This document shows positions 1-11,089 of a stretch of 64,000 nucleotides of DNA, one piece after another. Source of the stretch: Patescibacteria group bacterium. GTDB lineage: Bacteria > Patescibacteriota > Microgenomatia > UBA1400 > PJMF01. The DNA lies in contig JBMORQ010000027.1 of assembly GCA_049322575.1 (NCBI GenBank), positions 87,081 to 151,080 on the forward strand. Reading direction: 5' to 3'. Made by a program: the position numbers and the translations under genes. Numbering within the stretch: position 1 is the first letter of the stretch; every line of letters begins with the position of its first letter. The notes beneath the pieces were generated by a model. The model was not told the DNA's origin, searched no databases, and was given only the letters and a program-made list of their open reading frames with translations.

Positions 1-1641
1 GACGAGCAGGTTTCTGACGAATATTTACGCAAACTCAAAAAGCTCAAAGTCAGCCCCGAGATTGCAGAGAAGATCAAAAAAGAAATCAAGCGCCTCAAAC
101 AAATGTCTGTGGCCAATCCAGAAAGTGGCTATATCCGTTCTTGGTTAGACACAGTCTTTGATTTACCCTGGGGTATCGAGAAGGCCACAAACATTGAGAT
201 GGATTTTGCGGAAAAAACCCTGCGCATAAATCACTACGGCCTTGAAGAAATTAAAGATCGTATTCTGGAATTTATTGCTGTTCTTAAACTCAAACAAAAA
301 CAACAGGCCAAAAAACATCTATCCGTCAATCTGCCAACCATCCTTTGTTTCGCAGGTCCTCCTGGTGTCGGTAAGACCAGTTTAGGACGCTCAATAGCCG
401 ACGCTCTGGGCCGAGACTTTACAAAAATCTCATTGGGTGGAGTGCGCGACGAAGCCGAGATCCGAGGACATCGCCGTACCTATGTAGGTGCTATGACTGG
501 CCGGATTATTCGTGGCATCTCTCAGGTTAAATCATCCAATCCTGTCTTTATTCTGGACGAGATCGATAAGCTTGGTCAAGATTTCCGAGGTGACCCCTCA
601 TCTGCATTACTCGAGGTACTTGACCCAGAACAAAATCAGAAATTCGAGGACCACTATCTGGACATGCCTTTCGATCTTTCTAAAGTGCTTTTTATCACAA
701 CGGCCAACACTCTAGACACCATACCACCGGCCTTGAGAGACCGATTAGAAGTCATCCGTTTCTCTGGATATACCCCAGAAGAAAAACTCCACATCACAAA
801 AGAGCATCTCTGGGAAAAGGTCGTCCGGAACAACGGCCTTCAGGCAAAAAATCTCAAAATCTCTGACAACTTAATCGAAATGGTTATCCAAAGTTACACT
901 CGGGAAGCTGGCGTACGGGACCTGGAACGCAGTCTAAATAAGGTCGTTAGAAAACTGGCCAAACAAATCGTTGACGGATCAATTAAACCAAACTCGAGTG
1001 GCAATTTCAGCTTAACGGAAAAAATGATCGAAAAATACCTCGGTCCTGCCATCTATGACCACACCCTAACCGAAAAAACCAACCAGGTCGGACTGGCAAC
1101 GGGTTTAGCCTGGACGCAGATGGGCGGCGAGATCCTTTTCGTTGAGGTTGCTCTGACTCCTGGAAAAGGGGAAATCAGATTAACTGGAAAACTGGGTGAT
1201 GTGATGAAAGAATCTGCCCAAGCAGCTCTCACCTACATCAAAGCCAACACCAAGGAGATCGGCTTGAAACAAACCTCGCTAAACAAAACTGACGTTCACA
1301 TTCATATCCCCGAGGGAGCAATTCCCAAAGATGGGCCGTCTGCCGGTATCACCATGACTACCGCCCTAGTTTCTGCCTTTTTGAACTCTCCGGTTGACCG
1401 GACTGTGGCCATGACTGGCGAGGTCACTCTTAGGGGTAATGTTTTACCGATTGGTGGGCTGAAAGAAAAATCCATAGCTGCTTATAGAGCAGGCTGCAGG
1501 GTCATCATTTATCCGGAAAAAAACAAGCGGGATCTAATCAAGATACCTGCTTCAGTTAAGAAAAACGTTAAGTTTATCCCGGTGAAACATATGAGCGAGG
1601 TCTTAAAAATTGCCCTTATTCAAAAAACAAACAAGACCTAA
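1..1641 (+). CDS. lon: Lon protease (5' end outside window)
   Basis: Frame is open from base 1; Walker [26 protein letters not shown], catalytic PKDGPSAG and IGGLKEK motifs. Confidence 0.97.
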   Translation, partial: DEQVSDEYLRKLKKLKVSPEIAEKIKKEIKRLKQMSVANPESGYIRSWLDTVFDLPWGIEKATNIEMDFAEKTLRINHYGLEEIKDRILEFIAVLKLKQKQQAKKHLSVNLPTILCFAGPPGVGKTSLGRSIADALGRDFTKISLGGVRDEAEIRGHRRTYVGAMTGRIIRGISQVKSSNPVFILDEIDKLGQDFRGDPSSALLEVLDPEQNQKFEDHYLDMPFDLSKVLFITTANTLDTIPPALRDRLEVIRFSGYTPEEKLHITKEHLWEKVVRNNGLQAKNLKISDNLIEMVIQSYTREAGVRDLERSLNKVVRKLAKQIVDGSIKPNSSGNFSLTEKMIEKYLGPAIYDHTLTEKTNQVGLATGLAWTQMGGEILFVEVALTPGKGEIRLTGKLGDVMKESAQAALTYIKANTKEIGLKQTSLNKTDVHIHIPEGAIPKDGPSAGITMTTALVSAFLNSPVDRTVAMTGEVTLRGNVLPIGGLKEKSIAAYRAGCRVIIYPEKNKRDLIKIPASVKKNVKFIPVKHMSEVLKIALIQKTNKT

Positions 1642-1710
1642 CAAAGCTACCATCACCCAAGACCGATACTCAACTTCAAGTCTGGTGTTTTTCCTGCTAA
1701 ACTACTTTTG

Positions 1711-2688
1711 ATGAATAAAAAACTCATTGCTATCTTAACGGTCACTGCGCTTTTTATTGCCGTCATAATTGTTGGAATTTCAAATTCCGGAGGGGACAAC
1801 TTCCTTACCAATCTACTCAAACCCTTCAATAAATCTAGGGCTGGCCTACAGGTTATTACTAACGAAACCAACGTCTCGCTTTTTTTGAACGGTGAATATC
1901 TGGATAAAGCTCCATACATCAACAGGAATATTAAACCTGGTATATACACTTTACGGATTCAACCCGACGACACTACTCTCATACCATATGAGGCCCAGAT
2001 TCAGCTTAGCAAAGGGTTGTTAACGGTTGTTACCTGGAAACCTGGACAAACTGCAGAAATGAGCGGGGGAGTAATCTATGAACTTGAACCGTTACCCTCA
2101 AAAAAACAGGCTGAGGTTTCGTTCATCACCATACCTGATAACGCCATCATTACTTTTGACAATCAAGAGCAACAGTTCTCACCATTAACTCTGACAGACC
2201 TAGCAGCAGGACGCCATGAATACCAAGTCAGTCTGCCATCCTTCGAAACACAAAAACACACCATCAATATAGTTGCTGGACACAGGCTTAATGTCTCCAT
2301 AAAACTCGCCAAAAATAATAACGTTTATCCCTCGGCAACTCCTACTGAGCAACCATCAGATGACCAAGAATCCAGTCCCGCTGCAGAGATTACCGGCCCA
2401 AGTGATTTAAAAAGCCGCATCGGCACTAGCTCAGCAACAACTTCTGATATTCCAGCTAGCTATACTGGCCCGAGAATCCAGATCCTTTCAACAAAGTACT
2501 ATGATCACAGCAAAGAAGTACTTAAAGTTCGTGATTCAGCCAGTAGCTCCGGCAAGGAGTTGGGCTTTGCAGAAGTCGGTAAAGACTTCATTTACCTTGG
2601 AGAGTCTGACAACGGTTGGTATAAGATTGATTTCAACGGACAAGAGGGCTGGGTCAGCGCCCAATATAGTAAGTTACTTGGCGATTGA
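1711..2688 (+). CDS. Membrane-anchored PEGA-domain protein with C-terminal bacterial SH3 domain
   Basis: N-terminal TM helix, two PEGA-like repeats (VSLFLNGEYLDKAP...PGIYTLRI; SPLTLTDLAAGRHEYQV), S/T/P linker, SH3b-like LKVR...GWYKIDFNGQEGWVS. Confidence 0.8.
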   Translation: MNKKLIAILTVTALFIAVIIVGISNSGGDNFLTNLLKPFNKSRAGLQVITNETNVSLFLNGEYLDKAPYINRNIKPGIYTLRIQPDDTTLIPYEAQIQLSKGLLTVVTWKPGQTAEMSGGVIYELEPLPSKKQAEVSFITIPDNAIITFDNQEQQFSPLTLTDLAAGRHEYQVSLPSFETQKHTINIVAGHRLNVSIKLAKNNNVYPSATPTEQPSDDQESSPAAEITGPSDLKSRIGTSSATTSDIPASYTGPRIQILSTKYYDHSKEVLKVRDSASSSGKELGFAEVGKDFIYLGESDNGWYKIDFNGQEGWVSAQYSKLLGD

Positions 2689-2787
2689 ATTGCATAGCTT
2701 GGAAAAGTTTGTCTCATTAGCAAAAGGGGGAGCAAAATGGCCTAGAGGACGAAAAGTCTTTGCTAGTTTGCTTGCAGTTCTGTCTGG

Positions 2788-2947
2788 AAGACTCATGGCG
2801 AAATAAAATCTTGTAGTGGAAAACTGCTTTCCATAAACGAGGGGTTATTGAGAGAGGTAGTAGCACAGCTACTTCAAGCAAGAAAAAAAACCTTTGCAGT
2901 ACTTAAAAGCAGTTTTGTAATAAAAATGCTATTTCACTACAAGTCTA
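2788..2947 (+). mobile_element. MITE-like repeat copy A (160 bp)
   Basis: Ends AAGACTCATGGCGAAATA ... TATTTCACTACAAGTCTA; interior nearly identical to 10881-11043. Confidence 0.8.
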
Positions 2948-5029
2948 GTTATGACCAAGTTTAATGATTATTGTTTGACCTTCTGAAAAGACTACATTAC
3001 CCAATTGAAGTAGCTTTTGTTCATCCAAATCGGCATATGCTTGGCGCTCTTTTTCACCAATAAAAATGTATTGCACCCAGTATTTTGCGATAATTTCCTG
3101 AGACAGCAGGCTTTCTGGCTCTTCGTAAACCACCCTAACTTGCTCAGCCCGCTCTCCAACCTCATCATAGCCGCCCCGCCACAACCATTCATGAACTCTC
3201 CAACCAACGATGGTCGGCAAGCCGGTGAAGACCGACACACGCTCATAGTCTGTATAACTGTCTCCCACAGCCTCCAAAACCACTGGCTGACCAACAATGT
3301 TTTCTCGCAACCAAACTATTGCCTTGTAGTCCGCGGGGTATTTTTCCTGTAACCATTTCAAACCATCAAGACCTTGGTAGTTCTGGAAATTATAGTAACC
3401 TTTGTATGAGTATTTTACGAAGGAGAAAATTGATACAAAAAGCACCATCATTATGCTTATTAAAACTGTACGCATCGCTATATCGAATTTATTCCGTTGC
3501 TGAATAAAACCAAAAAACCAAGCAACCACCAACGACATGAGTGTGAAGGCTTGAAAAGTTAATTTGAACATTGTGTTGGCTCTCGGATGATCGGTATATA
3601 TATCTTTAACAAAGATCAGCTCAGGTAGAAGCAGCAAAACTAGCGCCGCAATGGTCATAGACAATATGAACAAGAAAGTATGTGAAATTCTTTTCTTTCT
3701 GGCAGCAAGAAGCTCGCTAACCGCAAAGACACTTGCCAACAAACTCCCGATCACATGCCAACCCCAGAGAATCGCTAGTTCTCTCAACGTTGAGCCTTCC
3801 TCAACAAAACCCAAACCCTCAGAAATCGATTTGAAGTTCAGCCACCAAAAACAGGAAGTTACAACAATCGACACTAAAACCACCAAGGCAGCAAGAAGCA
3901 GTGATAGGAAAAACGACCGATCCAATAGCAAAAGGCAAACACTCACTACCACCAACAACAAGCCAAAGATAGCCATATCCCAAGCACTTGTCATCAGCAA
4001 AACACCCAGTAATATGCCAATTATTCCAGACAAATAGAGCGACCCTCGCTTGGTCAGAGCAACTTGCTGGCCCTTTTCATCGATCATGACTTTTAGCCAT
4101 AACCAAATCGTGGGAATAATCAGCAGAACAAACACCAAGCTCCAAACATGAGCATGTAAATCACTCACAACGAAACTGTACGCCGGGAACTCGTGAATGG
4201 TATGGTAAATAAACCGCGTCGCGTCAGGATACCAATATCCGTCCATAGGATTTTCTTGAGAAAGATTCTTAAAAAAATACCAAAATGTATGGGAGTTACC
4301 GGCAAAACCAACTAATAACGCAGCCACAATTCCCGCAACTATCGGAATGGTCAGAAGATGCTTGGTTTTGTTCTTTGCCATCGTATATGCTGTGAGATTT
4401 GCCACTAAACCACCGCTCTGCATCATGACCAGTCCCATCACCAATCCTAGAGCTAAATTGTATGCTCGGTCGATCCCAATGCCCCAAAAATTGAGCAAGA
4501 TCCCACCTAGGAAATGACCAAAAGTGTAGTAATTCATGGTTTCTCCGGCAAACCACATATCGAGAGCCGGCAGAGTAGGGGATTTAGAGTAACTCACCAT
4601 GAAACCGGCATCCATAAATTTTTCTAAATCAAGAATCTGAGGATTATAGCCACGAACTATGCTTAGAAAGAAAAAACCAAAAACAAACAAGAGTTCCTCA
4701 ACAAGAATTAGAGGAGCTTTTTCCTTGAGGAAAGCAAGAAGAGTTGGCCAGCTTGCTTTCAGTTTTAGGATTGATAGGCCTAGCAGCACACCAAGTAGCG
4801 ACCAAAGACCCATCTGTGAATTCACTGGCAACTTGAGGTGAGCGAGAAACCAAATAATCAACCCAACTACCAACCAACCAATCGATCGACCCCACGCCCA
4901 ACCACCGTCGACTAAGTGTTTCCTTCCCCACACCAACAACCAGGGCATAACAACGATCTGAAAAACTCCTGTCAGTAGATAGGCGTAAGCAATTGTAACT
5001 AGATCGTTGGCCAAGGTAGACTGAAACAC
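2945..5029 (-). CDS. DUF2298/YYY-domain polytopic membrane protein (GT-C-like glycosyltransferase)
   Basis: Many TM helices; EKFMD...DMWFAG..MNYYTFG, IHEFP..SF...DLHAH, RANTMFK, TGLPTIVGW motifs. Confidence 0.8.
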   Translation of the reverse strand: MFQSTLANDLVTIAYAYLLTGVFQIVVMPWLLVWGRKHLVDGGWAWGRSIGWLVVGLIIWFLAHLKLPVNSQMGLWSLLGVLLGLSILKLKASWPTLLAFLKEKAPLILVEELLFVFGFFFLSIVRGYNPQILDLEKFMDAGFMVSYSKSPTLPALDMWFAGETMNYYTFGHFLGGILLNFWGIGIDRAYNLALGLVMGLVMMQSGGLVANLTAYTMAKNKTKHLLTIPIVAGIVAALLVGFAGNSHTFWYFFKNLSQENPMDGYWYPDATRFIYHTIHEFPAYSFVVSDLHAHVWSLVFVLLIIPTIWLWLKVMIDEKGQQVALTKRGSLYLSGIIGILLGVLLMTSAWDMAIFGLLLVVVSVCLLLLDRSFFLSLLLAALVVLVSIVVTSCFWWLNFKSISEGLGFVEEGSTLRELAILWGWHVIGSLLASVFAVSELLAARKKRISHTFLFILSMTIAALVLLLLPELIFVKDIYTDHPRANTMFKLTFQAFTLMSLVVAWFFGFIQQRNKFDIAMRTVLISIMMVLFVSIFSFVKYSYKGYYNFQNYQGLDGLKWLQEKYPADYKAIVWLRENIVGQPVVLEAVGDSYTDYERVSVFTGLPTIVGWRVHEWLWRGGYDEVGERAEQVRVVYEEPESLLSQEIIAKYWVQYIFIGEKERQAYADLDEQKLLQLGNVVFSEGQTIIIKLGHN

Positions 5030-5220
5030 GGTGTATTATTATAAATAAGACTAAGTGAAAATAAATGAGAAAAACCGCAACAGGAAAGGCAACTTAATGT
5101 CTTACCGGCTCCAAGACGCTGAAGCAGCCAAACTCTAAGAATAAATTGTTTAACAGCAGCTAAGCAGGAATACTAGTTCGCTCAAAATGATAAGAGTCCC
5201 GGCTAATTAACTGATCTTAT

Positions 5221-6009
5221 TTATCTTTTCTGCAAAACAAAAAAAACTGCCGCAGCTTCTGACTCATCAGATTGAGTTGATCTATTGTATTTTTCGATCA
5301 GTTTATGCATCGAGAAGAAAGAATACCATTTTTTGATAATCACCCATTGGCCAAAAAGTTTATATGTAACTAAACTTGGCAAAGAAAAAAAATGCAACAG
5401 CTCCATCAATCGTGAGCCATCTTTTGGTAAATACGTAACCACCTTTTTGACTCTAAAACCAACCTTCATAAACTTTTGCGACCATTGATCAACTGTCAAC
5501 AAATTGAAGTGTTGTTGCTTCTTCCTCAACCATCTTTTATATAAATCCCCAAAAATTGCCGATCCAAGCAGATTCTCTTCCCATTTATCTGTCATAACTG
5601 TTGTTAGAAAAATCGAATTTTTTTTCATGACTCTGTGAATTTCAGCAATCGAATAGTCTAAATCCGGTATATGTTCCAAAACGCTGTTAGAGATAACACC
5701 AGAAAAAGTATTGCTCTTAAAAGGAATCGTTTTTCCATCAAAAGAAACAGTTTTTTTGTAAACGTCTTGAACGCTTGCCTGATTAAGACGACTATCAAAC
5801 ACATCCAGACCAATATCCACTTTCTTTTTTCCAAAAACTTGCTTGGCAAAAAAACCATCTCCACATCCATAATCAAGAATCATTGGTTTAATTTCTGTCA
5901 GATGCCTACGCATTAACCAAACTTCAAAAGGACGAAGTAGTGAAAAAAACATCGGCCTATTCTCCAAGTAACTTAGCGTAGCCTCTAGCATTTCGCGAGC
6001 ATTACTCAT
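5221..6009 (-). CDS. Class I SAM-dependent methyltransferase
   Basis: ILDYGCGDG motif I; IPFKSNTFSGVISNSVLEHIPD. Confidence 0.9.
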   Translation of the reverse strand: MSNAREMLEATLSYLENRPMFFSLLRPFEVWLMRRHLTEIKPMILDYGCGDGFFAKQVFGKKKVDIGLDVFDSRLNQASVQDVYKKTVSFDGKTIPFKSNTFSGVISNSVLEHIPDLDYSIAEIHRVMKKNSIFLTTVMTDKWEENLLGSAIFGDLYKRWLRKKQQHFNLLTVDQWSQKFMKVGFRVKKVVTYLPKDGSRLMELLHFFSLPSLVTYKLFGQWVIIKKWYSFFSMHKLIEKYNRSTQSDESEAAAVFFVLQKR

Positions 6010-7132
6010 TTAAAACCTTTTCGTAAAATTTGAAAACTTTTTGCGGATCAAAATCCTTGCTGTTTTCTCTAAATTTGTCTTGTGCAACAAAGCGGTGTTT
6101 ATTCTTCAAAATTTCTTGAATTGCATTTACTATTTCATCAATGCTCCTAGGTTTTACCAATCTACCCATTTGAAGTAGCTCAATCGGTTGTTTCACACCA
6201 GGCAAATCACTGGCAACCACTGGCGTTCCTGAGAGAATAGACTCAACTTGGACCATACCAAAAGCCTCTGTTTGATTAATTGAAGTGAGTGCCAATAAAT
6301 CGATCACACGATAAAAAGCACCCAATTTTCCACCATTGAGAGTCCCCAAGAAATGCACCTTAATTCCTGCATTTTTAATTAAGTTAATGATCTTTGAGTG
6401 ATATCTATCTTCACCAATTACCTCCATAGAGCTTGGTCCAGCAAACACTAGCTCAACATTTTTATCATTCAAATTGCTTACAGCTTTAATTAGGTATTCC
6501 AAGCCCTTTTCTTGAGCTATCCGACCAGCAAAACCAACCCATTTTTTGTTTTCTTTCTTTTTGGATAGCTCTCTAAAATATGTGGTGTTTATTTTTAATG
6601 ATTCAACTGGTGGTAAACACTGCACTGCTTTGTTTTTAAAAAAACTTTCCCACTTCATACTGAGAAAGTAATCCCAAGTATAAATTATGATTTTGTCTGT
6701 AAAAATCATCTGCAACCAGACTGATGTATTTATTACCAGGGCCGCTAGACGCAAAAAAATTGACTTGTCTAAGAAGACGCGACAATGAAAAATGCCGAAC
6801 AATTTTTTTTTGAAGAATTTTGCCAAAACTGCCAATACCAAACCCTCGGCATTTGGAAAATTGAGCAGAATTCTGTCAGCATATTGTGCATATTTCCAAA
6901 AATAATTTATTGATTGAAAGGAAATAAACCCTTTAGAAACCCTAAGGTTATAAGGCATGCGGATAACTTCAACACCATCAACAAACTCTGAATCTGGCAA
7001 ATGTGCAGAATGCTTGAAAGTCAGAACCGTCACTTCGTTTTTCTTTGCCAAATGATCAAGTATCTTTTTTGGATAGGTTGTAATTCCTGAAATGTAGGGG
7101 TAATAATATGTTGCGAAAAAGACAATCTTCAT
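6002..7132 (-). CDS. GT4-family glycosyltransferase
   Basis: MKIVFF...YYPYISG start; FAGRIAQEKG; EAFGMVQVES...GTPVVASD. Confidence 0.92.
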   Translation of the reverse strand: MKIVFFATYYYPYISGITTYPKKILDHLAKKNEVTVLTFKHSAHLPDSEFVDGVEVIRMPYNLRVSKGFISFQSINYFWKYAQYADRILLNFPNAEGLVLAVLAKFFKKKLFGIFHCRVFLDKSIFLRLAALVINTSVWLQMIFTDKIIIYTWDYFLSMKWESFFKNKAVQCLPPVESLKINTTYFRELSKKKENKKWVGFAGRIAQEKGLEYLIKAVSNLNDKNVELVFAGPSSMEVIGEDRYHSKIINLIKNAGIKVHFLGTLNGGKLGAFYRVIDLLALTSINQTEAFGMVQVESILSGTPVVASDLPGVKQPIELLQMGRLVKPRSIDEIVNAIQEILKNKHRFVAQDKFRENSKDFDPQKVFKFYEKVLNE

Positions 7133-7133
7133 T

Positions 7134-7718
7134 TTATTTCTTGTGTGAATTATGGATGATTTTTTCCAAGGCATCTGCAACTGACATTAAACCAGGATGT
7201 TTATCCTCGTGTTTTTTATTTCGATCAAATAAATTAAAAATCCAGAAAATCCTTGCTTGGGTGTTGTTTTTCAAATGTTCAACTATGTCCCAGTTATCTT
7301 CAACGAAATGATCTAGATTTAGTTTCTTTATCATTTTCTCTTTAAAAAGATGAGGCTGTTCGTTTTTATCGTTGATGTATGTTGCTTTAAAAATTTGTTT
7401 AGCACCAATTTTTTTTAACCAAAAATCATAGTCATCTTTTAATTCAGCAAAACGACCAGTGATTAAATATAGCTCGACATTGTTGAGCTTGGCCAATTTC
7501 CGTAGCTTGCCCAGGCCCAACGCCGGAAAAACACTTGATTTATGTAAAAGTTGCCAAAAGAATGTCTGAATTCCAGCTTTTGGACGAAAAAACTGTAATC
7601 TCTTTCTTTTAATTAATCCCTTCTTCTTGAACTGCGAAATAATTGGACGTATCAGTCGCGCTGGGTTATACATAATCACACCATCAAAATCAAAACCAAT
7701 CTTTATTGTTCTTTTCAT
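7134..7718 (-). CDS. HAD-superfamily phosphatase-like protein
   Basis: IGFDFDGV motif I, LITGR motif II, FVEDN motif IV. Confidence 0.75.
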   Translation of the reverse strand: MKRTIKIGFDFDGVIMYNPARLIRPIISQFKKKGLIKRKRLQFFRPKAGIQTFFWQLLHKSSVFPALGLGKLRKLAKLNNVELYLITGRFAELKDDYDFWLKKIGAKQIFKATYINDKNEQPHLFKEKMIKKLNLDHFVEDNWDIVEHLKNNTQARIFWIFNLFDRNKKHEDKHPGLMSVADALEKIIHNSHKK

Positions 7719-7730
7719 ACTATTGAAATC

Positions 7731-9404
7731 CTAACTACAGTTATTTTTCACATCATATACTACTTCACCGCTATCTGAAACGAAACTAGGCAAAAAGGTT
7801 TTTCGCAAAAGACTCTGACTCAAGTTAATGTTGGATGGTATCTCTCCTTGTCCGCTAACAAGATAAACGTAATCAATACCTTGTTGTTCTAAAAATTCAC
7901 AGACGTTCCTTTTATTAGTGTAAGTTGCAAAGATTGTCGATAGCTTTTTCCTTCTGTCTGAGTCGTTGTATCCCAAAGACCAAGCAAAATAACCATAATC
8001 TAAATATTGCTTTCTTCCGACCAAAGTAACCGGCGTATATAAATAGCTGTTGGTTACAAAAACACTATTTTTTGGAGTATTGTTCATAATCCAATTAGCA
8101 GTTTCGACCCGCTGATAATCGTTGATACGATATTTTTGATCGTTAATGATTGAAAAAGCGTCAACAACTCCAGAAAAAATCGTTAGCATAAAGATCAACG
8201 ACCCGAGTATCTTTAAAAGAAAACTCCCACGCAACATTTGAATAACAAAAGCAGCCATTCCTAAATTTAAAATAATGATGAAGAAGCTAACAAGTTTGTG
8301 GTTATTTATCAGGTCAGGGGATAACTGGATACAATTGGCAACAACAAAAAGAAAATAGGCCAGAAGCAGCAGTTTACGATAGTTTTTTGTAGCAAAGAAT
8401 AAAAAAAGTGGTAAAAAAATGAAATATAAACCTAGGTTAAAAAACCAATACCTAAGAATCGTCCAAATTCTTCCGTCAGCCGCCAAAAACCCGACCTTCC
8501 AAACCAAGTTTTGTTGAGAAGCTTCCGTTGAGGTCAGTACCACAACCAAAGATAACATCAGCGAAGCGAAATAAATAATCTTTACCCTTCTACCTAGCTG
8601 TTGACTGCGGTTCAACCAAAACCACCCAATTACAAAACAAAGCAATATCATCAGACCTGCTTGATGCAGTAGGGGCAAAACTCCGAAAACGACTGGAACG
8701 AGCAGGTAGTAAATCTTTTTAAACTTCTTTTCACCAATTACTACCATCTTGAGTAGCGGCCAAAAAGCTAACATGACCAAGCCATAACTCAGAGCAAGAT
8801 GACGCTGATTGGTATAAACATTCCAGTTCCAGAAGGCACTGACCAGCTTTCCATCCCATGGACCAAAACTGGCAAAAGTTGTTTGCGATGGTATAGACAT
8901 AAAAGCCTGCCAAGTCCAGCCAGTAACTCTGAAATACTCAACAAAGCTAAACGTGCCATTGAACAAAAAGAGAATTACAGCCAAGAACCCAATCTTACGT
9001 TTACCAAATAGCAGCAAACCATATTGATAAATCATCCACAACAAGAGAGTCATACCGATGATGCTCCAAAAGTTAACAGCAAAGGCAAAATCAAAACCAA
9101 GCTTCTCAACCATCGCTACTAACCAATAAAAAAAATAATGATAGCGTATCGGCTCTCCTGGGAACTGTGGATACTCTACAGGATAATTTTCTCCCACGGA
9201 AAAAGATCTAATCAATGGTAGATGTGCACCAAAATCACTAAACAATTTACTGGCAAGAATAATCTGATTGTCTTCATAAGCCAAAGTATGGCCCATTAAC
9301 CAATAACTAAAGGAAAAACAAACCAACAAAACAAATACATCTGCTATCACCATCAGATTCCGCGAAATAATCTTGCTAGTTTGATTAATTAAATTGATCT
9401 TCAT
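7731..9404 (-). CDS. Polytopic membrane protein, probable GT-C glycosyltransferase
   Basis: About 11 TM helices; first-loop SDFGAH...PIRYHYFF; C-terminal soluble domain WIMNNTPKNSVF...GIDYVY. Confidence 0.7.
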   Translation of the reverse strand: MKINLINQTSKIISRNLMVIADVFVLLVCFSFSYWLMGHTLAYEDNQIILASKLFSDFGAHLPLIRSFSVGENYPVEYPQFPGEPIRYHYFFYWLVAMVEKLGFDFAFAVNFWSIIGMTLLLWMIYQYGLLLFGKRKIGFLAVILFLFNGTFSFVEYFRVTGWTWQAFMSIPSQTTFASFGPWDGKLVSAFWNWNVYTNQRHLALSYGLVMLAFWPLLKMVVIGEKKFKKIYYLLVPVVFGVLPLLHQAGLMILLCFVIGWFWLNRSQQLGRRVKIIYFASLMLSLVVVLTSTEASQQNLVWKVGFLAADGRIWTILRYWFFNLGLYFIFLPLFLFFATKNYRKLLLLAYFLFVVANCIQLSPDLINNHKLVSFFIIILNLGMAAFVIQMLRGSFLLKILGSLIFMLTIFSGVVDAFSIINDQKYRINDYQRVETANWIMNNTPKNSVFVTNSYLYTPVTLVGRKQYLDYGYFAWSLGYNDSDRRKKLSTIFATYTNKRNVCEFLEQQGIDYVYLVSGQGEIPSNINLSQSLLRKTFLPSFVSDSGEVVYDVKNNCS

Positions 9405-10662
9405 TGACAATATGAGCAACCTCTTTTCCTAATCGAACAGCGTAGTTAATACCCCTGTCCCATGGGTAAATGTGTTGCATCGAAGCCCAATATAATCCCT
9501 TAATCGGTGTTCGAATAACCGGAACATTGCGACTGTGATTGGTATAGACAATTGGCTGCGCAAATGGCGCTTTGTTCAACCATACTTTATTAACAATTTT
9601 ACCAACACTTGGGTTAATCTTCTTCAAATACGGCAAATACTTTTTAAATAACTGTTCTTTTGATAATGAGAAATCCTTATCCGCCGACTCCAAATATTTG
9701 GCAACGTACAATAAATGTTTCTTATTATATTTGCTGGAATCAACCATCGAGGTATGTTCAACCAAAGCTAAAAATGGCCAACCTTCTTCATTGATGTTTA
9801 ACCAGTATGTGCCATCTTGGAAAAAGGGTTCGATTAATTGAAGTATTAGGGTTTGAGCAGCTAAAGAATCTAATTGATTGATCGATTTGGCAAATTTCGA
9901 TGGTAGATTTTTAACTAGGTTTGTCAGTAGTGTGGCCGGTCCGGTAACAATAACCCTGTCGAAAATTTTTCCACCAATCAGGAACATTCCTCGATCATTC
10001 TTTTCTATGGAATCAACTTCGAAAGCAAAATTCAGCTCGACTCCTTTTTTCTTTAATGCTGAACTTAACAATTCTGCCAGCCTAAGAAACCCACCCTGGA
10101 AGTAAGCCAAATTTTTTGTACGTGAAACAACCCGTGCCCAAAACCATGCCATATTGACAACCGATGAGTATTTGCCAAATTTACCAACAAATAATGGCTT
10201 CCACACCACTTTCCAAGCGCGAGAACCCATGGTTTTTTTTATGAATTCCTTAGCCGTCCACTTCTCAAGAAACTTTCCCCACGGAAACAAGACTAAAAAG
10301 AACAAAACAACGCCCATACGTAATCTATCCAGGATGCTTATCTTGGAGAACTTGAGTAGCGATGTGGCAGAATCTAAACGCCAGATTTGTCCATCGTACA
10401 AAGTAGACGTTTTGGTTTGATAAATATTGAGCCGCTCAGCGGCCCCCAGTTCTTTCATCAAGGAAATAACATCATGATCTGAGGTAAAGAGATGATGATA
10501 GTGGTTTTCCAAACTCCAATCCCATCTCTTTTCTTTAAAACCAGCTGCCAAACCACCAGCAAAGCTCTCTCTTTCAAAGAGCACAATGGAATGCCCCTCT
10601 TTCACAAGCTCCCAAGCTGCAGAGAGAGCTGTAAATCCTGCCCCAACAATTGCAATTGTCAT
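9385..10662 (-). CDS. FAD-dependent oxidoreductase (amine oxidase/protoporphyrinogen oxidase-like)
   Basis: IAIVGAGFTALSAA Rossmann motif, LENHYHHLF, YPWDRGINYA. Confidence 0.88.
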   Translation of the reverse strand: MTIAIVGAGFTALSAAWELVKEGHSIVLFERESFAGGLAAGFKEKRWDWSLENHYHHLFTSDHDVISLMKELGAAERLNIYQTKTSTLYDGQIWRLDSATSLLKFSKISILDRLRMGVVLFFLVLFPWGKFLEKWTAKEFIKKTMGSRAWKVVWKPLFVGKFGKYSSVVNMAWFWARVVSRTKNLAYFQGGFLRLAELLSSALKKKGVELNFAFEVDSIEKNDRGMFLIGGKIFDRVIVTGPATLLTNLVKNLPSKFAKSINQLDSLAAQTLILQLIEPFFQDGTYWLNINEEGWPFLALVEHTSMVDSSKYNKKHLLYVAKYLESADKDFSLSKEQLFKKYLPYLKKINPSVGKIVNKVWLNKAPFAQPIVYTNHSRNVPVIRTPIKGLYWASMQHIYPWDRGINYAVRLGKEVAHIVNEDQFN

Positions 10663-10696
10663 GTTTAGTTAAAAACTCTAGTAATTCTACTTATTA

Positions 10697-10763
10697 GATC
10701 TGACCGCTTATTGATATAACTACTCTATACAGCGATTCTTTCAATCGCTGTAGGGGTCAGATC
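10697..10763. repeat. Nested inverted repeat / structured element
   Basis: GATCTGACC...GGTCAGATC (9 bp) encloses TACAGCGATT-ctttc-AATCGCTGTA (10 bp perfect stem). Confidence 0.6.
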
Positions 10764-10880
10764 ATTAACAAAATGCTTACTTCACTCTACTTATAATTAA
10801 AATGAAGTCTAGTTAATGAATCCAATCATATCGTAATTTTTTATGATTTAAACACCTGACTCGTAAAAAAATCATTACAT

Positions 10881-11043
10881 TAGACTTACAGCGAAACAAA
10901 ATTTTGTAGTGAAAAACTGATTTTTTTGAACGAAAAGGGTTTTTTTGAGTGAAGTAGTAGCATAGCTACTTCAAGCAAGAAAAAAACCTTTGCAGTACTT
11001 AAAAGCAGTTTTGTAATAAAACTGTTATTTCGCTACAAGTCTA
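10881..11043 (+). mobile_element. MITE-like repeat copy B (163 bp)
   Basis: TAGACTTACAGCGAAACA ... TATTTCGCTACAAGTCTA; interior shared with copy A. Confidence 0.82.
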
Positions 11044-11089
11044 TAACCACAAAGTTTCAGTTAACCAGAGTAGACCTCATTTGTTCTCA

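Noticed and set aside
5047-5205. Additional MITE copy (AAGACTAAGTGAAAATAAA)
   Set aside because: Only a weak left-end resemblance; no interior or right-end match
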